This document shows, one piece after another, positions 27,881 to 37,530 of a stretch of DNA of 64,000 nt (position 1 is the first letter of the stretch; each line of letters opens with the position of its first letter). The stretch covers positions 6,255-70,254 of IMG/VR virus record IMGVR_UViG_3300030107_006824; one strand, given 5' to 3'. The notes beneath the pieces were generated by a model. It searched no databases. It had not been told where the DNA came from and worked only from the letters and a program-made list of their open reading frames with translations. The position numbers and the translations under genes were made by a program. Origin of the DNA: a virus.

Positions 27881-27896
27881 ATCGCAGGGGTTTTTT
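27876..27896 (+). repeat. 21-bp direct repeat of 26876-26896 (partial terminator)
   Basis: CTGCTATCGCAGGGGTTTTTT occurs twice, 1000 bp apart. Confidence 0.9.
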
Positions 27897-28212
27897 AATT
27901 TCTATTAAACTCAGTACGAGCTGTTAGTTCTGGAAGGTATGCAGCTTCTTGTCTTAAAGCCTTACTTCTAGCGTTATCAGCTCCTATTTGACGCAATCTT
28001 TCTTGCTGAATTCTACGACCTCCAGTAAATCCACCTGTCCCTGGTCTACGTGTTTCTGTTTGAATTTCTCTATTCTCATTCCAAGCAAGTTGGCCTCTTT
28101 TTTGTTTAATTCTTCTTATTGCTTTTTCTCTAGCTGCTCCTCTATACGCTGCTTTATCAGCTTTAGATAGATATCTTTTATCTATAGGCGTATCTCTAAG
28201 ATTGACGAACAC
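27895..28212 (-). CDS. Basic hypothetical protein
   Basis: Arg-rich; TATAAT upstream. Confidence 0.65.
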   Translation of the reverse strand: MFVNLRDTPIDKRYLSKADKAAYRGAAREKAIRRIKQKRGQLAWNENREIQTETRRPGTGGFTGGRRIQQERLRQIGADNARSKALRQEAAYLPELTARTEFNRN

Positions 28213-28244
28213 TAGATTTCTACATTAGATATATCTATTATAAT

Positions 28245-28562
28245 TCAAATTCCAATTGTTTCTTGTACATTTTTTAATGTTTTGGCTACTGGTTGTAATA
28301 ATGTAATCATTTTTCTTGCTTGGTTTTCATCAAGATCTTTAACAGACTGTTCTAAGATAATTAATCTTTCATTTAACGATGAAAAACCTACTTGTTTATT
28401 AGACATATCAATGTTTATATTCTTCTGAACCAATGTTTGAGATTCCAACTCTTTGATTCTACTCAACTGATTATCAGTAATCGTCTTGTTTGTTTTAAGT
28501 GAAATCATTAAACCAATAATGGGAAGAATAACTGCCACTGCTAATGTGTTCATATCTGTCAA
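28245..28562 (-). CDS. TM plus coiled-coil protein
   Basis: Hydrophobic N-terminus and heptads. Confidence 0.6.
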   Translation of the reverse strand: MTDMNTLAVAVILPIIGLMISLKTNKTITDNQLSRIKELESQTLVQKNINIDMSNKQVGFSSLNERLIILEQSVKDLDENQARKMITLLQPVAKTLKNVQETIGI

Positions 28563-28588
28563 TATAACTAAAATTAGTCTAGCTAAAT

Positions 28589-28921
28589 TTATAACAACAT
28601 AAGGCCATCGTCTTCAAGATCATCATCTTCAAATCCTTCATCCATAATATCTGTTGATATTTCATTGTCATCACTTAATTCAAGTAGCTCCACAAATGTC
28701 TGTTCACTTATAATTTCTGGCAAACCATGAGATACTTCATCGATTTTAAATATAATTCCATTTGCATGAAGCATGCTCTGTACCCCGTTCTTCTGCTCCA
28801 TTCTCGATTTTAGAAGCTTTAATGCAGTCTTTTCTAGGGCTGGTCTGCTCATTCGTCCAACTTCATACCTAGCACGTTGTAGCGCAAAGCGTTGTTCTAT
28901 TGATAGAGATGTTTCGTTCAT
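28589..28921 (-). CDS. nblA: NblA-like phycobilisome degradation adaptor with acidic C-terminal extension
   Basis: LSIEQRFAL...V.RMSR..L....LKL......KN matches the NblA helix-loop-helix consensus. Confidence 0.75.
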   Translation of the reverse strand: MNETSLSIEQRFALQRARYEVGRMSRPALEKTALKLLKSRMEQKNGVQSMLHANGIIFKIDEVSHGLPEIISEQTFVELLELSDDNEISTDIMDEGFEDDDLEDDGLMLL

Positions 28922-29264
28922 TTAATTCCTCTGCTTCATAACGTTTGTTGGCAATCCACTCTTCTATTAATTCTTTTGCAACAACATTGAAGAATTCTTG
29001 TTGCTCATACCAGCATAGCCAATTAGTACTTCCTTTTGAGTGATTACATTCGTGACAGGCTGGAACAAGGTTAGATCTAAGTGATGAGCCTCCTTTACAT
29101 CGAGGTTTCAAGTGATCTAATGTTGTAGCTCTTTTATTTCGACAGTAGGCGCATATACCGCCCCAGGAGTATCGAATGTCTTCTCGGAACTGTTTTTTAG
29201 CAGTTCTTTTAGATAGACAGTTGAGGTTGAAAACTAATTCACCCCAGTCTTCCGCATATGCCAT
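28869..29264 (-). CDS. HNH endonuclease (HNH_5/McrA-like)
   Basis: CAYC...TLDHLKPRCKGG...NLVPACHECNHSKG. Confidence 0.92.
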   Translation of the reverse strand: MAYAEDWGELVFNLNCLSKRTAKKQFREDIRYSWGGICAYCRNKRATTLDHLKPRCKGGSSLRSNLVPACHECNHSKGSTNWLCWYEQQEFFNVVAKELIEEWIANKRYEAEELNERNISINRTTLCATTC

Positions 29265-29356
29265 ACAGTTGTTATTAGCAACTCCCTTTAACTATACCTG
29301 CTTAATGAATCATAGTATTCATTTACAATAATTATAAGTCATAATTTTTGTTAGTT

Positions 29357-29986
29357 ATGCCTGGTATATCCATGCCACCTACTATTGAATTACCTGGCGC
29401 ATTTGATATACCCACACACAACTTAGAATTACCTCAATTTAAAACTCCAACATGGGTACCTGTACCTATTTATCGTGATGATATTCCAAATATCAATAAT
29501 GCTACTCCCAAATCATTACCAAAAAAAGAATCTCAACAAGAAACAACTTCTAAGAAAACTAAGAAACCTAAACCAGAAACTACTAATGAAACCCCAGTAG
29601 AACTACCTCCACCACCGCCTTTAATATTACCAACCCCACCTCCACCTCCTCAGTTACCTGTAAAGCTTCCTCCTACTCCTCAACCTACTATTGAATTTAA
29701 AGAAGTTCAAAAAGTTACTATTCCATTTATAGAAATAGATGTCCCTTTACCAAGGACAGAAATAGTTGTCACTGCTGTTAGTACAGCAGCTGTCGCTTCC
29801 GTAGCATCTGTTGGTGGAACTCTTGTGGCTACCGCAGCATTTAAACGAATTATGCAAATATCTAAACCACTCTTTAATGCAATCTTGAAAAAGATAACGA
29901 AAGTACGTGGTAAAAAAACATTAACTTGGTCTCGTCAACGTCTTAAAGATAAACCTATTGAGAAGGTGAAGGGGCCTTTGCAATAG
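29357..29986 (+). CDS. Proline-rich membrane-anchored protein
   Basis: Poly-Pro tract followed by TAVSTAAVASV TM segment. Confidence 0.65.
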   Translation: MPGISMPPTIELPGAFDIPTHNLELPQFKTPTWVPVPIYRDDIPNINNATPKSLPKKESQQETTSKKTKKPKPETTNETPVELPPPPPLILPTPPPPPQLPVKLPPTPQPTIEFKEVQKVTIPFIEIDVPLPRTEIVVTAVSTAAVASVASVGGTLVATAAFKRIMQISKPLFNAILKKITKVRGKKTLTWSRQRLKDKPIEKVKGPLQ

Positions 29987-30521
29987 GGATTACATCTGCA
30001 CATATAAAACTAAACTTTGATTCTGGGTGAATCGTGAATCCACTCTTCATGATGTTTATACATTCTTTAATCCTCACCAACTCATAATCTAAACGTACTT
30101 TTTCTAGTTCACGTTTGGCTAAAGCTTTGCATAATTCTACAGCACTTCCATCTAAAGGAAATGATACACTAACTTGTCCGCCATAGTTTTTATTTTGTGA
30201 ATAACTTGTAGCCCTGCTTTCTGTACGTAAAAAATAAGGAGTTATACTTAGTACTGGACCGTTGCAGAAATGGCCTACACCAAATGATTGAGTACTTAAT
30301 GATCCTTGATTAATTTGAACTGCCTGATTAGCTACTGATCCGCTTATAGAAGCCTGTGGCTGCGCACTTACAGTCGTAGATTCGTTTGCTTTAACAGGAG
30401 ATATAAAAATTACTGCGAGAATACTGAGAGCGTATTTGTAATTGTTTCCGTATCGATTGTTCTGTTTATCGACTCTGTTTCTATTAAACCAGCATCTCGG
30501 GTTATGATTTCTAGTTGCCAT
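29955..30521 (-). CDS. Cyanophage secreted/structural protein (start uncertain)
   Basis: GSVANQAVQI, C-GP-L-TP, ELCK...DYELVRIKEC motifs. Confidence 0.65.
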   Translation of the reverse strand: MATRNHNPRCWFNRNRVDKQNNRYGNNYKYALSILAVIFISPVKANESTTVSAQPQASISGSVANQAVQINQGSLSTQSFGVGHFCNGPVLSITPYFLRTESRATSYSQNKNYGGQVSVSFPLDGSAVELCKALAKRELEKVRLDYELVRIKECINIMKSGFTIHPESKFSFICADVIPIAKAPSPSQ

Positions 30522-30793
30522 GGTAAATCACTGTCAACAACATGAAACTGAGTATCAGTCCCTGTAATATCTACAGGTCCAACTAAATTTCCACTACTGT
30601 TTGTTTTAATAGCTTTTACGTTATCTCCGTTCCAAGTCTGAACTGTTCCTCCAAACCTTTCAATTACACTAGTTTCAGTTACTGTCTGAGTTGCACTAGT
30701 AGTTTGAGTCATAGAGCCTGTCGTAAAATTCGGTGTTACTGTTTGAGCAGCTGCAGGAACGCCAATCAGTAATAATAGTAATAGGCTCTTCAT
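30410..30793 (-). CDS. Cyanophage signal-peptide protein
   Basis: Signal peptide, VTPNFTTGSM, ends SVFSQ. Confidence 0.7.
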   Translation of the reverse strand: MKSLLLLLLIGVPAAAQTVTPNFTTGSMTQTTSATQTVTETSVIERFGGTVQTWNGDNVKAIKTNSSGNLVGPVDITGTDTQFHVVDSDLPWQLEIITRDAGLIETESINRTIDTETITNTLSVFSQ

Positions 30794-30852
30794 TTCTTTA
30801 CATATAAGTTAAAGTAACTATACCTATTGTATCTGCTTATGATGAGATTCTC

Positions 30853-31095
30853 ATGCAGCCTCGCTTTAAAAATGGAATAATTAAAGATTTAATAGCTAAC
30901 TTTGCGCCAGCAGGGGTGCTTGTTTGGGCTCTTTCAGTACTGACTGCAAGTTATTTTGGATACGCATCAAACGTGGATGCTGCATTTATCAGCTCTTTAG
31001 TTACTACCGTTCTTGCTAGCTATGGCATTACCCGAGTTCAAAAGGATGATAAAAAAGAAACGCCATCATCTAATAAGCATGATGACGATTTCTGA
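30853..31095 (+). CDS. Two-TM membrane protein (holin candidate)
   Basis: Two hydrophobic helices and a charged C-terminal tail. Confidence 0.55.
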   Translation: MQPRFKNGIIKDLIANFAPAGVLVWALSVLTASYFGYASNVDAAFISSLVTTVLASYGITRVQKDDKKETPSSNKHDDDF

Positions 31096-31121
31096 TAACT
31101 ACCATGCTATACATTACTATC

Positions 31122-31934
31122 TTATTCGATAATCTTATTCACTTTACTTAAAGCCTTCTTCTTTGTCTTCAGCTTAACCTTTCCATACTTTGCAGTCATT
31201 CCCTCTCCAAGGTGCCCCATCAATGCCATCTGTGTTGAGTATTCAATATCTGCATCACTCATCCTTGATCTGAACTGATGTCTGATCGAGTGTGCTGATA
31301 CTCCTGTGTGATGTTTCAAGGATCGACTGAAGTTATCGCCAGCTCTAGGGTTCTGATTATCCAGCACTAACTGACCATCAATGACGAACGGTAGATACCC
31401 TTTGTAAATAGGGATATCCCGTTTTGAACTATGATTTTTTAAACGCCTTACGCTGTTATGGCGCAATCTGAAGTAAGGGATCTCTGCATCCAGCACGATC
31501 TCCTCACTAGAAATGTTTGCAATCTCACTGACCCTAAAGCCGTGATACCAGATCGCCATAAACAGCGGATGGTCATGGAACTTTGAGAAGTGCGCGAACG
31601 GAAGCTCAGGATGTTCCTTAGCCTCAACCTTGATCCGCTTGCCCATATTGGCCCAAGGGTTGAAATCAATACGTCCTTCGTCGATGCCCCAGTTCCAGAT
31701 GGTGCTGAGGTCTCCTAAGCGGCACTTGAGCGTTCGATCACTGAGCGTTTCACGCATTAGGCGGCGATGCTTTTGGGCGTCCTCCTTGGTGAACTCTTCC
31801 GCAGGGATGTGATCGATGCCTCTGGTGGCATACATCCAATTAAGTTTTGTTGAAGGCTGGGCCTTAGAGATTGAAGCTACCTCCTTTCGGAGTGTTGAAA
31901 TCAGCATTGAATTAGGCATATAAATAACAGTCAC
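31122..31934 (-). CDS. int: Tyrosine recombinase/integrase lacking an arm-binding domain
   Basis: GFRVSE (R), LKN (K), HSIRH, LMGH, MTAKY catalytic residues. Confidence 0.9.
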   Translation of the reverse strand: MTVIYMPNSMLISTLRKEVASISKAQPSTKLNWMYATRGIDHIPAEEFTKEDAQKHRRLMRETLSDRTLKCRLGDLSTIWNWGIDEGRIDFNPWANMGKRIKVEAKEHPELPFAHFSKFHDHPLFMAIWYHGFRVSEIANISSEEIVLDAEIPYFRLRHNSVRRLKNHSSKRDIPIYKGYLPFVIDGQLVLDNQNPRAGDNFSRSLKHHTGVSAHSIRHQFRSRMSDADIEYSTQMALMGHLGEGMTAKYGKVKLKTKKKALSKVNKIIE

Positions 31935-32085
31935 CTGTTGCTAAACTTTACCAAAGACATGGTCCTTAGCGTGGGGTTGACGAAAAATCCGCCATGTTTT
32001 ACGCTTAGGGATTGCCATTGCGGGCGTTGTGTAGTGGTAAGAACGCTGTCAGGGACTGGCTTCTCAGTATATCACGAAGGCTCTC

Positions 32086-32355
32086 TCAACTGTTCGCTGT
32101 CAGATGATCCATCTCCGCATGCATGAGATCACTAAGATGCGACACTTGGCTACACGCACCGATGATTAACCCTCTTTGATTAGGAGTTAAATCTGCACTT
32201 TCTGCATCTTCAGATAAGATCTGAGATATATCACCAAGACACATAACAATTGCAGGTAGTCCCCATTTCTCTACCAGGGAATGCATTGCAGATAGAAGAG
32301 GATCTGAACCACTCTCAACAGCTTGCCAAAAAAGTTTACGTTGTTCTGAATCCAT
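32086..32355 (-). CDS. Hypothetical protein
   Basis: TACAAT upstream. Confidence 0.65.
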   Translation of the reverse strand: MDSEQRKLFWQAVESGSDPLLSAMHSLVEKWGLPAIVMCLGDISQILSEDAESADLTPNQRGLIIGACSQVSHLSDLMHAEMDHLTANS

Positions 32356-32411
32356 GAGCTATCTATTAATTGTTAATACTATTGTAAAACTTTAGATAAC
32401 CCAATTATTGC

Positions 32412-32621
32412 TTAAGCAACTTCTACAGAAGCTGGGGTAGCATCCTCAGTCTCTCCAGGTTGATCTGTTTCTACAAATTCACTAAGAGCAGCAACTGCTC
32501 CTTGTAATTGCATGATTTTATTTTTAGCAGCAGTCACCACATCAAATGCTTGATTATGCTCTTTGACTGTTTTTTCAAGTTCTGCTTTTAGTTCCTCAAG
32601 TCTAGGCTCAATAGAAGGCAT
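32412..32621 (-). CDS. Small coiled-coil protein, possible tail-fibre chaperone
   Basis: Heptads, LQGAV; lies downstream of the fibre genes. Confidence 0.55.
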   Translation of the reverse strand: MPSIEPRLEELKAELEKTVKEHNQAFDVVTAAKNKIMQLQGAVAALSEFVETDQPGETEDATPASVEVA

Positions 32622-32667
32622 AAATATAATTGTAATGCTTCCTAATTATAGTACAAATAATTAATAA

Positions 32668-33129
32668 TTAAGGATTGGCTACCCTCGGTTTATCTGGTCT
32701 AGCAGAAGACTTTTCGATTGCTTGTTTGTTATACTCTTCGTAAGTCTCATATCTAACACCGTCTATAACACGAGGGAAGCCACTATCATCTGTTTTTGAT
32801 GTTGATTCAGATTTTGACACTATCCAAGGTAAACCGTCTCCTGATACTGGAGTTTCAAGTAAATCCAATTTATGGATAAGCTCACCCTTTATAATTGTTA
32901 ATTGCTCCTCAGTAAGAGTATCTTTAGTCCACTGAATTACTATATCTTCTGTTAATTTATCGTAATCAATGAATTTTCCAGGATCTGGTTCCTGAAAATT
33001 AATAATGCCACCCATACTGGTCACTAACTCACCTCGTTTAGCAGTTTGAGACCATGTAGCGTGTTCAACCAAACCATCAGATAACCGACGATGCAAATTG
33101 CTAATAGTCCATGTAAAAGTGTCTGTCAT
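32668..33129 (-). CDS. Tail-fibre-associated accessory protein
   Basis: FTWTI..L.R....G.V...W, FI.Y..LTE..V..W, GLPW motifs. Confidence 0.65.
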   Translation of the reverse strand: MTDTFTWTISNLHRRLSDGLVEHATWSQTAKRGELVTSMGGIINFQEPDPGKFIDYDKLTEDIVIQWTKDTLTEEQLTIIKGELIHKLDLLETPVSGDGLPWIVSKSESTSKTDDSGFPRVIDGVRYETYEEYNKQAIEKSSARPDKPRVANP

Positions 33130-33170
33130 GATTCTAATAATAATAATGATTTAAATTTAGTAATTCCTAG

Positions 33171-34067
33171 CTAGGGAACTACAAAGCTACTACTATACTT
33201 TGCTGTTCTATAGCCTCTACAATCTTGAACCCTTGTCCTACTACCACCACCTTCAGGGTTGCCATCCCAGTAACTTGAACCAATTGAAAACCTAGTTTCA
33301 TTAGATCCGCTTGTCGCCCATGATGGAGTCGTAAAAGTAGTATCCACCTCTTTGGTTCCATCTACAAATAATTTTAGGTTAGTACCAGAAAATACCACGG
33401 CAATATGATGCCAAGTATTATCCCCAAGTGAAACTCCTGCAGTCTCTTCATCACCACTCGGATAACTTATAAATGTCGGGGCTTTATTCTTTAGTATAAC
33501 TTCCCAACCCCTATCTCCTCCTGAATAGCCATAAAAAGAAAAAGCATAGTTATATCGATAAGAGCTAGGAGCTTCATACGAAACATCATTCCACCTGAAC
33601 CAGCCTTCAAAAGTTCGATTTAGACCTGAGCCAATTTTAAAATCAGACTGTTCTGTATTATTATGGTAAATCCCAGCTTGCCCATCGCCGTCTGTATTAA
33701 TTAGCCGACAGGAACCATAAAATTTGTCAACTGAACTATTCCCAACATGTGTACCACTCCAGGTACCACTAAGATCTCCAGCAACTTGATCAAAATTACT
33801 ATTCATAGGCATTGCAAATATCATATTTGCAGTGCTGTCTGTTCTAAGTCCAGTGCCTGCTGTATCAAAATTATTTACACCAGAAGTATTCCTGATCGGA
33901 AGAACATCAAATTTAGTTGTCCCACGTAAATCACTGAATGCAATTGTCCCACTAGCAGGTATTCCTTCATAACCTATGTAATATTCACTTAAAGAATGCG
34001 GAGTTGATCCACCAAATTCTGCAGCTATTTGAGACATGCTCAGTGTACCAGAAGCAGGGAGTGTCAT
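33171..34067 (-). CDS. Tail-fibre tip/adhesin with LamG (ConA-like) domain
   Basis: MTLPASG..SMS.I..EFGG N-terminus; TFEGW, WHHIAVV...LFVDG. Confidence 0.8.
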   Translation of the reverse strand: MTLPASGTLSMSQIAAEFGGSTPHSLSEYYIGYEGIPASGTIAFSDLRGTTKFDVLPIRNTSGVNNFDTAGTGLRTDSTANMIFAMPMNSNFDQVAGDLSGTWSGTHVGNSSVDKFYGSCRLINTDGDGQAGIYHNNTEQSDFKIGSGLNRTFEGWFRWNDVSYEAPSSYRYNYAFSFYGYSGGDRGWEVILKNKAPTFISYPSGDEETAGVSLGDNTWHHIAVVFSGTNLKLFVDGTKEVDTTFTTPSWATSGSNETRFSIGSSYWDGNPEGGGSRTRVQDCRGYRTAKYSSSFVVP

Positions 34068-37000
34068 GATCTGCCCTCCTTAAGAGTTTGGATCTCAGCT
34101 TTTAGCTCTTTAACTGCTTCAATAAGTAATGCCGTCAAATTACCATATGCAACACTCTTAGTGATTTCGTCTGTTTCTTCTCCATCCTCATCTCTATCTC
34201 TATGATTAATGATAACTTCTGGAATGACTTCTTCAACCTCTTGAGCAATAACACCAATGTTTCTAGGCTTACCGTCTAGATCAATTCGATTGAATTCAAC
34301 ACCTCGTAAACTACAGACCTTATCCAAAGCATTATCAATTGTCTTGATGTTATCTTTCAATTTAATATCAGAATATGCAGTGATATTGTCTGTGCATGTA
34401 AGGCTTCCTTCAATCCAACTTTGTGTGCAATCTGATAAAAAGATTCCCCACTTTGTCCCAATCCCTGACCCTTCATAATCTCCATAATAAAGATACCCAG
34501 TTGTCAGAGTACCGCCGTCTCTGTCTACTTTTGCATAGAAGGCATAACCATTGCCACACGTTCCAATGTCATTCTCAACCTCACCATAGACTCCAATTAA
34601 GCTCCCGACTGGATTAGTCCCACTTTGGCTATCATCTATATTATGCGCTCTGGCATAAACACCGTACATAGTCCCACTATTAGTGAGCCTGCTGCGATAA
34701 GCAAGAAAATGTCCACCGTACCCATTCACCGCGCCTGATGCAGCGTATGCCTGAGTGTATCCATATACTCCAATTGCAGTCTGAGTTCCTATCCCACTGC
34801 CTGCGCCCTCGACTTTACTGAAGCCATAAACTCCGCGCTGATCGAAGACAAATTCAGTGGCACGCACATCTGAATCAACTCCGTAGTGATAAGCTCGATT
34901 GCCGCTGGTGCTAGTTGTCCCAGTTTTTGCAAAATCTGAATCTATCCTAAATGACCTGAAATACCTGTTTGTTGAGAATGCAGAAGTACCTGACCAGTCT
35001 ATGTCGAGGATACAAGTAGTGTAGTTTGCGTTATTGCTAGTTTGCCAAGAATTATCAACAAATAAAACATTATCACTGTAAGAAGTGTTGCTTTCTCCTC
35101 TTCCTACGTTGATACCCCTTGAAACCGACAATGCCCCTCTTGTTGATAGAGACATAGCACCCGAAGAATCGTTATGTGCTGTATCACGCCACAAGAACCC
35201 TCTATCACTTTCGTTGTTCATTGTAAACGTCATGGCCCAATCATTCAAGTCGCCATGCAACTGTGCAGACTTCATCCCAATTGTGTGGCTGCCATTACCC
35301 CAGACTCTGATCTTGTCAAAAGAATCGTCGGTGGTATGAGTTATGACTCCAGATGCTATAGTTAGACCGTCTCCAACACTAGTTCCACCTAAGAAGGTCT
35401 GACCGTTGTTTGAATGCAGCATTCCTGAGCTTGTGTCGATATAAAAGGGTCTAAGTGCGTTCCACGATGATGAAGGTGCCGCAGTAGCATCAGCGATTAG
35501 AAAATAAAAATCCGCTCCATCGTTTCGTACAATTATCGTTTCAGCAGTGGTGCCAGGATGCAGCAACAATTGAGTTGCATTGCCAGTTATCTCACTTATT
35601 CCGTTGCCGTGGAATTCATCTGCATAAACATTTGCAAATCGTTTTGATGTTGAACCTAGATCATAGGTTGAATCAGTTGCAGGAAGCAAATTCATACCAT
35701 CGTTGAAAACAATGCTGTTCCTCCACGTCATATTTCCGCCGCGATAAAGCAGCAAATCACTTCTGGTTGTATTAGAACCGTTAGTATCGAATACTCCTAT
35801 TCCTGCATAATCTGCGGCCATTGAAGAATATAAATGAACACGTTGATTCCCATTTGAATCTTCTAATTCAAGAACACACCAGTCTCCAGCACGTGTTACC
35901 GTAAAATAACTCTGAACTTTCTGGCCAGCAACATTTTGTTTAACGTAATTTTGACTATCAATATAACCTTTAGTTGTTAAATGACCTGATGCCGTGGGTG
36001 TAGCTGCTGAAACATTACCTGTAAAAGTTGCATCTCCATCTTGATCTATAGTCAACCTAACTGGAAGGTCCGCACCTGCAGCTGCACCACTAGCTTTTGT
36101 TGCAAAACACAGATTACCATAAGATTGTGATCCTAGCCTCTGATGAACAATTGCTGCTCCAACGTTTGAACCAGTTGCAGAAACACCAAATCCAATACCT
36201 ACTCCTTCATTAGTATCATCAGCAGGATTATGTATTTTAAACTGTAACTCTGATACATCGATAGTCAGCGGAGATGACCCAGCAATGCCGTCCTTAGTAG
36301 TAAGTAACTTTATTGGTCCACTAAAATTAGATGTTGATGTACCTGTATAGTTAACTGCAATATCAACTACATCATTAGCAGTGCCAGGACTTAGAGTTGT
36401 TGAGCTTCTATTCCAGAAACTTGCTCCTGCTGCGGCAGCATCTACATAAGCCTTAGTTGTCAAATGTCCAGAAGCAGTGGGGGTAGCTCCACTTACAGTG
36501 CCTCCAAAACTGGATGCTGCTGTACCTGAGTATGCAACAGCAATATTGACTACATCATTAGCAGTACTAGGACTTAGAGTTGTTCCAGTTCTAGCCCAGG
36601 TATCTTGTGCTGTAATAGCTGCTTGAACAAAAGCGGTTGTAGCAATATTTATTGAGCTATCACTGGCCGTAGTAATAGTTGGCGCAGTAGCTGTTCCTGA
36701 TAATGCTGCATTATTTTTAGGTGCATAAACACTAGGAATTGTACTGATGTCTATACCATCCACGCTACCACTAACTACTATATTCCCTGTTACATCAAGG
36801 GGCTTATTGAAGTTCCAGCTATCAGTACCTGATTTATACTCTATTTTTGCATCTGTATCACTACCACACTCCACAATTAAGCCAGCATTATTGGCATTAG
36901 CTGCACTACTAGAATCTTTGGCCACAATGATATGAAGATCCTTAATGGCTAAATCATCACTATTAACAGTTGTAGTGGTCCCATCAACTTGTAGATTACC

Positions 37001-37423
37001 TGCAATAACAACAGTTCCTGTATCATTACCGTGAACTGCTGGATCTATTACAAATGATGCAGGGCCACGTAGATACCCACTTGTTTCAATATTTGTAAGT
37101 ATACCAACGCTCGTCAATGAACTATTAACAACTGTATTCTTTAATGTAGTACCTGTTAAAGTACTTGCTGATGGAGTGGAGCTATCAACGTATGCTTTCG
37201 TGGCTGCATGTAAATTATTACTAGGAGCACCAGAAAGGGTTATTGGCCCCGTCATTGTGCCACCACCTAAATTCAAGTAAGCAGTACCACTTGCAACCCA
37301 GTTACATCTAGGCGGGCTATTATTATCACAAACATACGTATAAGCAAAACCTTGACCTGGAGTACCTGAAGGCCAGTAATACTCACCTGCAGTTGCTGAA
37401 GGGGGGAAATCTAGAGCGGCCAT
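34064..37423 (-). CDS. Tail fibre with C-terminal S74 intramolecular chaperone
   Basis: AATKAYVD repeats; AYSDIKLKDNI...IGVIAQEVE..PE. Confidence 0.9.
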   Translation of the reverse strand: MAALDFPPSATAGEYYWPSGTPGQGFAYTYVCDNNSPPRCNWVASGTAYLNLGGGTMTGPITLSGAPSNNLHAATKAYVDSSTPSASTLTGTTLKNTVVNSSLTSVGILTNIETSGYLRGPASFVIDPAVHGNDTGTVVIAGNLQVDGTTTTVNSDDLAIKDLHIIVAKDSSSAANANNAGLIVECGSDTDAKIEYKSGTDSWNFNKPLDVTGNIVVSGSVDGIDISTIPSVYAPKNNAALSGTATAPTITTASDSSINIATTAFVQAAITAQDTWARTGTTLSPSTANDVVNIAVAYSGTAASSFGGTVSGATPTASGHLTTKAYVDAAAAGASFWNRSSTTLSPGTANDVVDIAVNYTGTSTSNFSGPIKLLTTKDGIAGSSPLTIDVSELQFKIHNPADDTNEGVGIGFGVSATGSNVGAAIVHQRLGSQSYGNLCFATKASGAAAGADLPVRLTIDQDGDATFTGNVSAATPTASGHLTTKGYIDSQNYVKQNVAGQKVQSYFTVTRAGDWCVLELEDSNGNQRVHLYSSMAADYAGIGVFDTNGSNTTRSDLLLYRGGNMTWRNSIVFNDGMNLLPATDSTYDLGSTSKRFANVYADEFHGNGISEITGNATQLLLHPGTTAETIIVRNDGADFYFLIADATAAPSSSWNALRPFYIDTSSGMLHSNNGQTFLGGTSVGDGLTIASGVITHTTDDSFDKIRVWGNGSHTIGMKSAQLHGDLNDWAMTFTMNNESDRGFLWRDTAHNDSSGAMSLSTRGALSVSRGINVGRGESNTSYSDNVLFVDNSWQTSNNANYTTCILDIDWSGTSAFSTNRYFRSFRIDSDFAKTGTTSTSGNRAYHYGVDSDVRATEFVFDQRGVYGFSKVEGAGSGIGTQTAIGVYGYTQAYAASGAVNGYGGHFLAYRSRLTNSGTMYGVYARAHNIDDSQSGTNPVGSLIGVYGEVENDIGTCGNGYAFYAKVDRDGGTLTTGYLYYGDYEGSGIGTKWGIFLSDCTQSWIEGSLTCTDNITAYSDIKLKDNIKTIDNALDKVCSLRGVEFNRIDLDGKPRNIGVIAQEVEEVIPEVIINHRDRDEDGEETDEITKSVAYGNLTALLIEAVKELKAEIQTLKEGRS

Positions 37424-37530
37424 AATTTAACTTATACTCCAATTCTTTTAAATTGATTTGTGATAATAACCAAGGCAACCATGATAGTGTCCTCGTAACT
37501 ACATTTTAACTAGTTTAATTAATAACTAGC

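Noticed and set aside
32020-32095. Complete tRNA gene
   Set aside because: Only an acceptor-strand and D-arm-like part is present; there is no 7-nt anticodon loop, TTC T-loop or 3' acceptor strand.
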